From: a virus
Lineage: Duplodnaviria > Caudoviricetes
Strand: one strand, 5' to 3'
IMG/VR virus record: IMGVR_UViG_3300017739_000018
Coordinates: 1 to 50,025 of that record
Length of the DNA stretch: 50,025 nucleotides
The notes below the pieces were generated by a model that saw nothing but the letters and a program-made list of their open reading frames with translations, ran no database searches and had not been told where the DNA came from. A program made the translations under genes and the position numbers. Below are positions 19,136 through 27,143 of the stretch, in pieces; position 1 is the first letter of the stretch, and each line of letters begins with the position of its first letter.

Positions 19136-19348
19136 TTATAGACTCACGTCAGACGTACCGACTAGCGCGAGTGTTTCCAGCTTATTGAGGACGTTGGCAA
19201 GATTGCGAGCAAAAAGGATGCGCTCGTCAGACACATACGTGCTGATCTTGTTGTCGTCACCGCGAGTCGCCCAACCCACTTGATCAATCAAACGCTTTAG
19301 TTCGGCAAGTTGAGCAGGCGTAAAGTTCAAAGTTGTTTCGGTTTTCAT
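19136..19348 (-). CDS. Hypothetical early protein, 70 aa
   Basis: AAGGGG RBS and ATGA overlap with the upstream gene. Confidence 0.6.
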   Translation of the reverse strand: MKTETTLNFTPAQLAELKRLIDQVGWATRGDDNKISTYVSDERILFARNLANVLNKLETLALVGTSDVSL

Positions 19349-19764
19349 AGTGTTCCCCTTAAGGTTTTGAAGTCGTTATTTTCCCTGACCCCTTCGGCCA
19401 GTGAGAACAATGTAATACGTCCCTTTCGAGATTGCAAATTTGCGAGCCCATGATGTTTCACAATGTGGGTGTACTGTGCGATTGTTTCCGGCTTAACTCC
19501 CAAGATCCCAGCAATGTGCTGGCGGTGCATCGTGCCGTAATGCGAGAGTAGTGCAAGCATACGGTAATGTGTCGAACGTATTTTTCGATCATCGGCGGTA
19601 CGCTTCTGGTCGGCCTCAAGCAACTCATCGGCCGATATCACCTCGCCGTCCATCTCATTTTTGAGATCGTCCAGTTGAGACGAGAGAGTCTCAATCTGGC
19701 TAGCGAGGGTTGAAAGTGCTTCGCGATGGTTCGCAAGTTCAGTGCTGAATGTTTTTGTGTTCAT
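19345..19764 (-). CDS. Coiled-coil plus C-terminal HTH DNA-binding protein
   Basis: Likely start MNTKTF; MHRQHIAGILGVKPETIAQY is HTH-like. Confidence 0.6.
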   Translation of the reverse strand: MNTKTFSTELANHREALSTLASQIETLSSQLDDLKNEMDGEVISADELLEADQKRTADDRKIRSTHYRMLALLSHYGTMHRQHIAGILGVKPETIAQYTHIVKHHGLANLQSRKGRITLFSLAEGVRENNDFKTLRGTL

Positions 19765-19846
19765 AATTTTCATCCTATTAATTTCGATATAATAATAAGT
19801 AAAACCAATACCCAAAGTAATCGCCACAAATTGGCTATTAGTTCGG

Positions 19847-20851
19847 TCATGCGGCCAACTCCAGTGATTGCCATTGTGGCGACTCGAGAACGGTGCGAAC
19901 TTTTGCTTCCCGTTGAAGTCGTACTCGGTGAGGATTCGACGAACCACGACTGGTCGATAGTTCGGTGATTGTGCCGTCATCGTTCTCGCGCTCCCATGTT
20001 TCATCGACGTGAGTCGCCCAATGTGTAAGGGCATTGTAAGCACCCCACAATGTCGGGCCCAACTCCCGCTGTTCCTCTTGGAATCGATGGTTGAGATAAT
20101 CGAGCAAACGGCCGTTAACTCGTGTGTTTTTGTCGGTCGAAAGTTGCGAGGCCTCGCCTCCTTTCTTGCACACTGTATTTTCGAGAACCTCAACCCACTG
20201 GGACCGATCTAATTCGATGGTTCTCCACTTCTGCATCTGGTCGCGGTGAGCATGAAACATACCAAGGCCTAGCGTAGATTTAGCAATCATCGCAGAGACC
20301 GACAGATTAGAGGTGTGTTTTCGTTTCTGGTGGTAAGCCTTCTGACCCCCAAACACCATCGTATTACGGCAGTAATCGCGGTAAGCACCGGAGAACACCT
20401 GAAACGCCCACGACATGTCGACGCTGTTAATAATGTCGGCGCGGGCCGTGATTCCTTCCCCCCTGCCGTCAATGTCGAAAGTGAGATCGTTGAAATAAAC
20501 TGCTCGAGTGGCGCGGCGGCCTTCGTCGAAAATCCGGTCGACTACGGTGAAATTATCGTGGGGTAACGATGGGTTCTCGAGTATCGATTTCGCTTGCTCG
20601 AGGAACGCCAGTGAATGATCCACAAGCTTATAGGATTTAGAGACCGGCGGTGACGCCAGTAGCTTTTGCGTGTTGCTGTTTCGGAGTGCGTAGTATCCCT
20701 CGACAAGATTCCGGTCGCGGTCGTAAATCGCCTCCTTTTGGACAGATCCAAGTTCACTAAAAAAGTCGACGTCAAGCGGGTTGCTGTGCGTGAACTCCAA
20801 ACCGTCTTGGATACGCTGAGCGGTGCGCTCTGGGTTAACTGCAATATTCAT
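19847..20851 (-). CDS. DUF932-like phage/plasmid protein
   Basis: AAGGAGG RBS before MNIAVNPER; INSVDMSWAFQVFSGAYRDYCRNTM...KRKHT matches the family pattern. Confidence 0.7.
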   Translation of the reverse strand: MNIAVNPERTAQRIQDGLEFTHSNPLDVDFFSELGSVQKEAIYDRDRNLVEGYYALRNSNTQKLLASPPVSKSYKLVDHSLAFLEQAKSILENPSLPHDNFTVVDRIFDEGRRATRAVYFNDLTFDIDGRGEGITARADIINSVDMSWAFQVFSGAYRDYCRNTMVFGGQKAYHQKRKHTSNLSVSAMIAKSTLGLGMFHAHRDQMQKWRTIELDRSQWVEVLENTVCKKGGEASQLSTDKNTRVNGRLLDYLNHRFQEEQRELGPTLWGAYNALTHWATHVDETWERENDDGTITELSTSRGSSNPHRVRLQREAKVRTVLESPQWQSLELAA

Positions 20852-20873
20852 GGCTAAAAGCCTCCTTAGTAAT

Positions 20874-20947
20874 TGGACACAGCGAGGGGAATCGAACCCC
20901 TGTAAACAGATTTGCAGTCTGTCGCCTAACCAGTCGGCCACGCTGTG
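20874..20947 (-). tRNA. tRNA-Cys (GCA), 74 nt, CCA encoded
   Basis: Acceptor CACAGCG/CGCTGTG, D arm GCCG..AGGC, anticodon arm ACAGA-CTGCAAA-TCTGT, T arm AGGGG-TTCGATT-CCCCT, U73 then CCA. Confidence 0.93.
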
Positions 20948-20983
20948 TCGGTATCCGGTCGGCCAATCCGATCCGGTAAAGTC

Positions 20984-20992
20984 ATTATAGCA
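20984..20992 (-). promoter_or_regulatory. Extended -10 promoter upstream of the tRNA
   Basis: TGcTATAAT on the minus strand about 37 nt before the tRNA 5' end. Confidence 0.6.
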
Positions 20993-21227
20993 CGGAACAA
21001 AAGAACCATAACAAGAAACCAAGCAAAAAAGTTTCTGTCAAAGAAGTGAATCCAACGACGCGATCAAATCGCGGGCGAGGGACCTCGTCGGGCTTTAAAG
21101 AGAATTTAGAAACGGCACAATATTTCCCATAACCTACGCGCCCAAAATGAGGAGTTGACCTTTTTTGTTGCTGATTTCGATTCGCATCCATGCCCAAAAT
21201 GATGCGGTGACCTTTTTTGGTCTGCAT
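20985..21227 (-). CDS. Hypothetical basic protein
   Basis: GGGAG RBS before MQTKKGH; fills the gap after the Gp88-like gene. Confidence 0.45.
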   Translation of the reverse strand: MQTKKGHRIILGMDANRNQQQKRSTPHFGRVGYGKYCAVSKFSLKPDEVPRPRFDRVVGFTSLTETFLLGFLLWFFCSVL

Positions 21228-21242
21228 TTGAATTCACTCCCG

Positions 21243-21911
21243 TTAGTGCGTCTTAAAAATGATGTTCTTGTCGGGCGCGTCCCAACAAAGAGCGCAAGTT
21301 GTGCAAGCTTGTGTTTTCCTTTCCTGTTCTGGGCAAACAATACCATCACTAGTTAGCTCCTCACTGTTGGCACTAAACGTCCCACAAGTGTCGGACCATC
21401 GTACAGCCCATCGTTCGGGAAAACCGTTACGGTTCGTTTGTAGCTCGTGGTAGATTTGCAGGTCATCGGACGGAGTAACATGCGTATACCCCCACACATA
21501 AAGATTCTGGTGTAATACCAAAAGTTTACGCCAGAGTTCCACATACTCTGCGCTATAGAAATCCCCAAGAACGTGCAACCGCACCAGTACTTTGCGTTTC
21601 TTTTCTCGCGCTTTAGTACAAATCTCTTTTACCTCCCTAATCAATCGCGCCTCAAGTTCTCTCCCGTGTTCCAACCGATGGGCGAACGGCATATTGTCAC
21701 CGTAACAGTCATCCCAGTGATGGCAAGAAGTTGGGCACGTCTCCCGTTCAGTTAGCGTCAAGGTATACACCTCCGCACCTTTCAACTTACCTTTTTTTAC
21801 GTGCCGTCCTGCACCTCCTATTTTCGCGCTTGATGGCTTCTTTAAGACGGAGTGCGAGTATCCCGTCAAGCTTTTTTTGCTTTTTTGGTAACGTGTTGTT
21901 GTGAGGTGCAT
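21243..21911 (-). CDS. Gp88-like Cys-rich putative Fe-S protein
   Basis: TCPTSC..WDDCYG, VRLHVLGDFYS, WGYT and C-terminal CPEQ...CTTCALCW. Confidence 0.65.
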   Translation of the reverse strand: MHLTTTRYQKSKKSLTGYSHSVLKKPSSAKIGGAGRHVKKGKLKGAEVYTLTLTERETCPTSCHHWDDCYGDNMPFAHRLEHGRELEARLIREVKEICTKAREKKRKVLVRLHVLGDFYSAEYVELWRKLLVLHQNLYVWGYTHVTPSDDLQIYHELQTNRNGFPERWAVRWSDTCGTFSANSEELTSDGIVCPEQERKTQACTTCALCWDAPDKNIIFKTH

Positions 21912-22002
21912 TGTTTGTTTCTCCAGTAAGAGTAATTGGTCTTTCGTCGTTTGCTCTCCAGTCTGCTAAGGCTTCTGGATGACATATTGTTTTCGGCTTC
22001 AT
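21787..22002 (-). CDS. Hypothetical early protein
   Basis: Start MKPKTICHP in ATGA overlap; overlaps the next gene by about 125 nt. Confidence 0.4.
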   Translation of the reverse strand: MKPKTICHPEALADWRANDERPITLTGETNNAPHNNTLPKKQKKLDGILALRLKEAIKRENRRCRTARKKR

Positions 22003-22202
22003 TTTCGTTCCCTGTATATAGCTAACATATCTTGCGCACACCGTAAATGTGACATAGCGTTATCTAGGTCGCTTGATTCGGTATCACCAGTGTCATGCAA
22101 GATGGTGATAGCTTCGGTTATTAAGTTAAAACATTGCGTCAATTGTTTATCCACTAACGCATCGACTCGTACCTTGTTTTCATTCCTACTTGTTACGATC
22201 AT
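21999..22202 (-). CDS. Hypothetical early protein
   Basis: AAGGT RBS; operon packing. Confidence 0.55.
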   Translation of the reverse strand: MIVTSRNENKVRVDALVDKQLTQCFNLITEAITILHDTGDTESSDLDNAMSHLRCAQDMLAIYRERK

Positions 22203-22389
22203 TTTTACCTTTCCTTAATATGTATAGCTCCTGTAAAGCTTCACGGGGCGTTTCACTAAATACCGAATCACCTCCCGTCTCTGCTTTAAAATTTGTGGAA
22301 TATAAAGAGTTAAAACATTGAACATTGACACAATCACGAAACATAAAGTTAAGTAATGTTGTGTCGGAAATTTGCTTTGCGTTTTTCAC
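22186..22389 (-). CDS. Hypothetical early protein
   Basis: AAGGAGG RBS before a GTG start. Confidence 0.55.
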   Translation of the reverse strand: MKNAKQISDTTLLNFMFRDCVNVQCFNSLYSTNFKAETGGDSVFSETPREALQELYILRKGKNDRNK

Positions 22390-22708
22390 TGTGTGGGGCC
22401 TCCTTTACTGGTTTTTGCTCAATGGTATCGTGGTACTCAATCCAAGACGCGAGATATTCGTCATCGCTAGTCACGCCATAAGCTTTATCGATAACCATAA
22501 CATCACACCAAGGATACTTGTCACATACGCAATCCAAAACCTGATCTTTTGTTTCCGCAAAAACACTTACAACAAAAAACCGGCAAGGTTCAAAGGGCGG
22601 GTACTCTGTATCCTGATCCAGTAAAATGCAACGGAACCTAAACGATACCGGCCCAATTCTATTTTCCGCAAAGTGCACCTTTTTAGTGCGGTAATTTTCT
22701 GAAATCAT
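22349..22708 (-). CDS. Hypothetical early protein
   Basis: GAGGTG RBS before MISENY, ATGA overlap. Confidence 0.55.
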   Translation of the reverse strand: MISENYRTKKVHFAENRIGPVSFRFRCILLDQDTEYPPFEPCRFFVVSVFAETKDQVLDCVCDKYPWCDVMVIDKAYGVTSDDEYLASWIEYHDTIEQKPVKEAPHSEKRKANFRHNIT

Positions 22709-22965
22709 CCCAGCACCTCGCTCTGCGAATCCCAATTGAGATCATCAACAATAACCTGTTCCTTTGTCTCAATCCACACTCTCGCGCCACAAGCTAATGG
22801 CTTATCTGGAGAATACACAAGCTTGCTAGGCCCGTTAATTCTTACACCAAAACCTTTCGTATTACTCCGACTTGTCTTTACAGTAACAACCGGCCTGAGA
22901 TCGTCGGGATTCTTTGCGTTATGTCGTATGTTGTGCTGATTAATGTGTATGCGTTTAATTGTCAT
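22705..22965 (-). CDS. Conserved hypothetical phage protein
   Basis: KRIHINQHNIR...YSPDKPLACGARVWIET pattern; GGAGG RBS. Confidence 0.65.
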   Translation of the reverse strand: MTIKRIHINQHNIRHNAKNPDDLRPVVTVKTSRSNTKGFGVRINGPSKLVYSPDKPLACGARVWIETKEQVIVDDLNWDSQSEVLG

Positions 22966-23161
22966 ATTCATTGGCCTCCACTTTAATGATCTCACCTAGA
23001 TGACAATCGTCACCATCAGTCACGTCAATTACTGCAGAAAAATCATTTTGCTTAATTTGATCGACGGCGTTCTGCAAACTACTTGCTTCCACAGTGTACG
23101 CTCGTTCAATCACAACCTCCCTAGTAACAATAAACTCTCCACAATCTTTTTTAACTCTCAC
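22955..23161 (-). CDS. Hypothetical early protein, first of the cluster
   Basis: GGGAG RBS before a GTG start. Confidence 0.55.
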   Translation of the reverse strand: MRVKKDCGEFIVTREVVIERAYTVEASSLQNAVDQIKQNDFSAVIDVTDGDDCHLGEIIKVEANEYDN

Positions 23162-23283
23162 GGAAACTCCCCCCCGTCTTATGAATGAATCCCGACAGTA
23201 TCGAACTCTTATTGTGTGTTGTATTAGACCTTGGTCGTACGGATAGTTTTATTTACGCAAACAAAGATGTAGCGGGCTGTGGT

Positions 23284-23342
23284 GTGGGCGTACCCCCGGC
23301 AGGGGTTGATCGGACTGTATCATGAATTTTATTGGCCATCAA
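23284..23342 (-). promoter_or_regulatory. sigma70-like promoter plus conserved downstream element (copy C)
   Basis: TTGATG-17 bp-TACAGT, then CCTGCCGGGGGTACGCCCAC. Confidence 0.65.
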
Positions 23343-23343
23343 C

Positions 23344-23399
23344 AAAAAGGAGGTTGACCTTTTTCTTTGCTGTTTTGAAAAAAGGAGGTTGACCTTTTT
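23344..23399. repeat. Perfect 21-bp direct repeat, 35-bp period
   Basis: AAAAAGGAGGTTGACCTTTTT at 23344-23364 and 23379-23399. Confidence 0.9.
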
Positions 23400-23445
23400 T
23401 ATGGTTGACTCTAATCTTGCCCCGTACCAATTAGAGGCTATGCCC

Positions 23446-24231
23446 ATGAACATGAAAGAGTACGTCGAGTCTCTTGGCTTACATAACGACGAGTCACGTA
23501 GGATGGACTGCCCGTCATGCGGACATAAGAAGACATTTTCGGTCACCAATCAAGGTGGCACTCTCATGTGGAACTGTTTTTACGCAGATTGCTCTGTAAA
23601 AGGACGCACCAACCTCCGCATTACTCAACACAATTCAGACAATATAGTGGCTATGCTGAGTCAAAATACGCATAAAAAAACATCAGTATGTCCAGAAGTT
23701 CCATTTGAAAAACCAAAGTCTTGGTCTCGTGTGATACCTCCTCGTGGCATGGACTATATTCGTCTTGTCAATACGTCGGGACGGCACGATGACATTTACT
23801 TTGATGTTATACGAGATCGTCTTGTGTACCCAGTGTACGATACTCTGGGCGTACTCAAAGATGGTGTCGGACGTACGATGACGGGTCAAAGACCTAAGTG
23901 GTACAGATACGGTAATTATGATGGTGGTTTCCAAATTGGCACATCAGACATTATAGTTGTCGTTGAAGATGTGCCTTCCGCAATATCGATCAGTGATTGG
24001 GCGTCTGGGTACGCTCTTCTTGGTACAAGTTTACGTGATCGACACATACAAGAGCTATCTACGTATAAAAAAGTGGTGGTTGCTTTAGATAAAGATGCAA
24101 CTGATAAAGCGTTGACAATGATGCGAGCTCTTCATAGTATCGTGCCCACAGGAATGCTTATCTTAGATAAAGACTTGAAGACTCTCGGAGAACAAGAACG
24201 TGAATCAACAATTAGAACAGCAATCGCTTGA
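23446..24231 (+). CDS. DNA primase (zinc finger plus TOPRIM)
   Basis: CPSC...WNCFYADC zinc ribbon, PKWYRYG, VVVEDVPSA, ALDKDA; start chosen from the GAGG RBS. Confidence 0.9.
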   Translation: MNMKEYVESLGLHNDESRRMDCPSCGHKKTFSVTNQGGTLMWNCFYADCSVKGRTNLRITQHNSDNIVAMLSQNTHKKTSVCPEVPFEKPKSWSRVIPPRGMDYIRLVNTSGRHDDIYFDVIRDRLVYPVYDTLGVLKDGVGRTMTGQRPKWYRYGNYDGGFQIGTSDIIVVVEDVPSAISISDWASGYALLGTSLRDRHIQELSTYKKVVVALDKDATDKALTMMRALHSIVPTGMLILDKDLKTLGEQERESTIRTAIA

Positions 24232-25516
24232 AGCGAAGATCATATCGTTCTGTCTGCGGACGGAATGCTATGACCGTGTCAAAAACATCCTCGATAAAGA
24301 CATGTTTGAAGGAGAGTGGGCTCCTATATGGCAGGCTCTTGTCGAAGCTCATGCAGAATATACTGGAGACTTCACTGGAGCCGAGCTACAAGCTTATTTT
24401 GACTCAAGGCACCCCGCCCTACCTGACAGCACACGTTTGAGATACTGGGAGCATTTTGAGACACTAGCTGACAGTATCGGTAAGAACATTGATTTACAAG
24501 AACGAGTTATACGTGATTTATGGATGCGGCATCGTGCTCGTATTATCTCAGAGTTATCTGTCAACATATTTCTCGGTAAGGAGAATAACTTTGGAGAACT
24601 TAAGCGACTCATTGAATCCACAGCAGAGGATTCGATTGGCGAGAAGACGACGTACACGGAGGTGGACATGGGGCTCGAAGAGCTTCTGGACTCCCTTACG
24701 CTTGATCCCGATTTCCCCTTCGACTGGACGCCACTGTCGGGCCACGTTTCGGGATTGGATCGCGGTCATTTTGGAATCATCTTTGCTCGCCCGGAAACAG
24801 GTAAAACTACGTTTGTATCTTTCCTCGCAAAGAAGTTTCTCGAGCAAGGGTTTACCATTGCGGTGTGGGGAAACGAAGAGCCTGCTGTACGAACTAAACT
24901 ACGTATCATCCAAAGCTATTTTAAAGCTACGCGGAAAGAGCTCAGTGAACGGCGTGGTGAATACGCGGAAGTATGGCGTCGCAAGATCGGTGACCGTTTG
25001 CATGTTCTTGACTGTGTTGGAACGGCCATTCAGGAGATTGACGACTGGTGCAAGATTAACAAGCCGGATATCATATTCATCGATCAACTCGATAAAGTGA
25101 AGATTACAGGTAAATACAACCGTGGCGATGAAAAGCTCAAAGAAATTTATTTGCAAGCTAGAGAGATTGCCAAGAAGAACAAGTGTCTTGTTTGGGGTGT
25201 ATCTCAAGCCTCAGCGGAGGCTGACGGAATGCTTAACGTAGAGTACCAATATCTTGATAACTCTAAAACAGGAAAGGCCGGTGAGGCAGACCTTATTATT
25301 GGACTTGGCCGCACAGGAGACCGCAGTCCACAAAATACGAAACGATCTGTGTGTGTATCTAAAAATAAGCAGAATGGGTGGCATGGCACCATTCCTTGCG
25401 AGATCGACATGTATCGTGCGGTTTATGAGTCGCATAATACGGTTATAGAAGTGCCGGAAGAATATCGAGAGCCTGTGGCTCAACCAACCGAAGAGGACAT
25501 GAATAATGTTGAGTGA
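24200..25516 (+). CDS. Replicative helicase, SF4/DnaB-like
   Basis: Walker A ARPETGKT, IFIDQLD, VSQAS, EADLIIG, SKNK. Confidence 0.92.
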   Translation: MNQQLEQQSLEAKIISFCLRTECYDRVKNILDKDMFEGEWAPIWQALVEAHAEYTGDFTGAELQAYFDSRHPALPDSTRLRYWEHFETLADSIGKNIDLQERVIRDLWMRHRARIISELSVNIFLGKENNFGELKRLIESTAEDSIGEKTTYTEVDMGLEELLDSLTLDPDFPFDWTPLSGHVSGLDRGHFGIIFARPETGKTTFVSFLAKKFLEQGFTIAVWGNEEPAVRTKLRIIQSYFKATRKELSERRGEYAEVWRRKIGDRLHVLDCVGTAIQEIDDWCKINKPDIIFIDQLDKVKITGKYNRGDEKLKEIYLQAREIAKKNKCLVWGVSQASAEADGMLNVEYQYLDNSKTGKAGEADLIIGLGRTGDRSPQNTKRSVCVSKNKQNGWHGTIPCEIDMYRAVYESHNTVIEVPEEYREPVAQPTEEDMNNVE

Positions 25517-25970
25517 GTACAATGCTAGTTATCACACTCGTAAAACTTACGATTCAATATTAAGTAGATGCGGCCATCAAAATCACATACCGAATCCTTC
25601 TTTTACTGATTACATTGGAAAAGGAATTACCGTTTGTGAACGGTGGATAGAGTCTTATAAAAACTTTGTGGAGGACATGGGGCTTCGTCCATCAAAACGA
25701 ATGACTCTAGACCGTATAGATAATTCAAAGGGGTACTTTAAAGAGAATTGTAGGTGGGCAAGCTGGTTTGTACAGCAGTACAATCGGGTTAAGACACCCA
25801 AGAATTATTACCATGACAAAAGTCACACGCAGAAGTGGGTTGTTTCTTTTCAGGTCGAGGGCAAGACAATTAATGTGGGAAGATTTGAAGATGAAAAAAC
25901 GGCTAAGAAAGTGGCAAAGGGCATACATCGTCTGATTGACCGCTTTATCGAAACGGAGTTAATACGATGA
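25506..25970 (+). CDS. HNH endonuclease with C-terminal AP2-like domain (free-standing homing type)
   Basis: GKGITVCERW, TLDRIDNSKGYFKENCRWA, KWVVSFQVEGKTINVGRF. Confidence 0.8.
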   Translation: MLSEYNASYHTRKTYDSILSRCGHQNHIPNPSFTDYIGKGITVCERWIESYKNFVEDMGLRPSKRMTLDRIDNSKGYFKENCRWASWFVQQYNRVKTPKNYYHDKSHTQKWVVSFQVEGKTINVGRFEDEKTAKKVAKGIHRLIDRFIETELIR

Positions 25971-26521
25971 ACATTTTGACGTTTGACATTGAATGCACAC
26001 ATAGATTCAAGCCTAACGGTAAGCACACACCCTTGCCCTACTTTGGTAATCACCTTGTCAGTATTGGTTACAAGGTTACCAATGACCCGGTAAATTACAT
26101 CTTCTTTCATCATGAGGAGCGTAAGCCAACGCCAAACGGCTTTGAAACATTTCAACATGCACTGGACTTTGCAGATGTAGTTGTTGGGCACAACATCAAG
26201 TTTGACATTAACTGGATACGCGAGTGTGGTTTTAAGTATGAGGGTAATGTGTATGATACGATGGTTGCAGAGTATGTGTTGGCTAGGGCACGTAAATGGC
26301 CCCTTTCACTTGCGGCCCTTGCTAAAAGGTATGAGGTTACTCAGAAGAAAAAAGATCTTACGGAGGATTACCTTAAGAGCGGCAAGACGTTTGCACAGAT
26401 CCCGTGGGAAATAGTGCAAGAGTACGGTATTGCTGACGTAAAGGCTACATGGGAGGTAGCCCAAAAACAGGTAACGGAAAAGTATTACACAACATGGAAA
26501 GAATTGTATGGCAGAATTTAA
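25967..26521 (+). CDS. 3'-5' exonuclease domain of family A DNA polymerase (separate gene)
   Basis: ExoI FDIE, ExoII GHNIKFD, YDTM, ExoIII YGIAD. Confidence 0.88.
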   Translation: MNILTFDIECTHRFKPNGKHTPLPYFGNHLVSIGYKVTNDPVNYIFFHHEERKPTPNGFETFQHALDFADVVVGHNIKFDINWIRECGFKYEGNVYDTMVAEYVLARARKWPLSLAALAKRYEVTQKKKDLTEDYLKSGKTFAQIPWEIVQEYGIADVKATWEVAQKQVTEKYYTTWKELYGRI

Positions 26522-26609
26522 CACTTGGTCTAAAGAGAAGATAGATGACGTTAAGGCGTTGAAGGAGATGTTGAATGCAAACGATTTATCAAGAAGTAGT
26601 CGTGACTAA
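26508..26609 (+). CDS. Putative 33-aa peptide
   Basis: MAEFNTWSKEKIDDVKALKEMLNANDLSRSSRD; bridges the exonuclease stop and the next ORF. Confidence 0.35.
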   Translation: MAEFNTWSKEKIDDVKALKEMLNANDLSRSSRD

Positions 26610-26829
26610 TGAACTGCCCAGAATCGGGTCAGGCTATCGATTAGTCAAGGTTCAGATCGGAACCAAGTGGGTCCACATCAGTGATCTTGATGGGGAAAAC
26701 CGTACAAAGGTTGGCATGAAAACTTGGTCAGCAATCAAGAAAGGCAATACGATAGAACCGGAGGTCGTTCTGAAGGGCCTGCGCAAAGCTGATAGAGCGT
26801 TGGGTCGAAAAGCGAGGAGAAAATTATAA
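26575..26829 (+). CDS. Hypothetical protein
   Basis: AAGGAG RBS; ELPRIGSGYR..V..G.KWV. Confidence 0.6.
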   Translation: MQTIYQEVVVTNELPRIGSGYRLVKVQIGTKWVHISDLDGENRTKVGMKTWSAIKKGNTIEPEVVLKGLRKADRALGRKARRKL

Positions 26830-27143
26830 TGGCTAAAGCAAAAAGACCTCTTGTTAGTTGGACACAAGAGCAACTCGATGAACTTGTTAAGTTATACCTT
26901 GAGGGTTTAACTTTTGAAAAGATATCTTTACAGCTAGGCATGTCCCATGCTTCAACAAAGGCAAAGATTACATTTCTTCGCCAAAAAGGTGTAGACTTAC
27001 CTTATCGGGACAGACAAAGCATCGCCGAAAAAAGAAGTAAAACAATGAAAAGCGGTAAAAAGAAATCAACAGCATTTGATCGTGAGTATCGGGGATCTGT
27101 ACCATTCGGTCATTGGATAATTACCAAACCGTGGAGGTTGTGA
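26829..27143 (+). CDS. GcrA-N-terminal-like HTH protein
   Basis: WTQEQLDELVKLYLEGLTFEKISLQLGMS..STKAKI..LR resembles the GcrA/Myb-like HTH. Confidence 0.55.
   Translation: MAKAKRPLVSWTQEQLDELVKLYLEGLTFEKISLQLGMSHASTKAKITFLRQKGVDLPYRDRQSIAEKRSKTMKSGKKKSTAFDREYRGSVPFGHWIITKPWRL

Noticed and set aside
19765-20193. N-terminal extension of the 282-aa ORF
   Set aside because: Overlaps the DUF932-like gene in another frame; an RBS supports a start near 19764.
20852-21022. N-terminal extension of the 391-aa ORF
   Set aside because: It runs through the tRNA gene; a strong RBS supports the start at 20851.
19136-25516. T7-like RNA polymerase expected in the early region
   Set aside because: No ORF of suitable size or with RNAP motifs in the window; the promoters seen are host sigma70 type.
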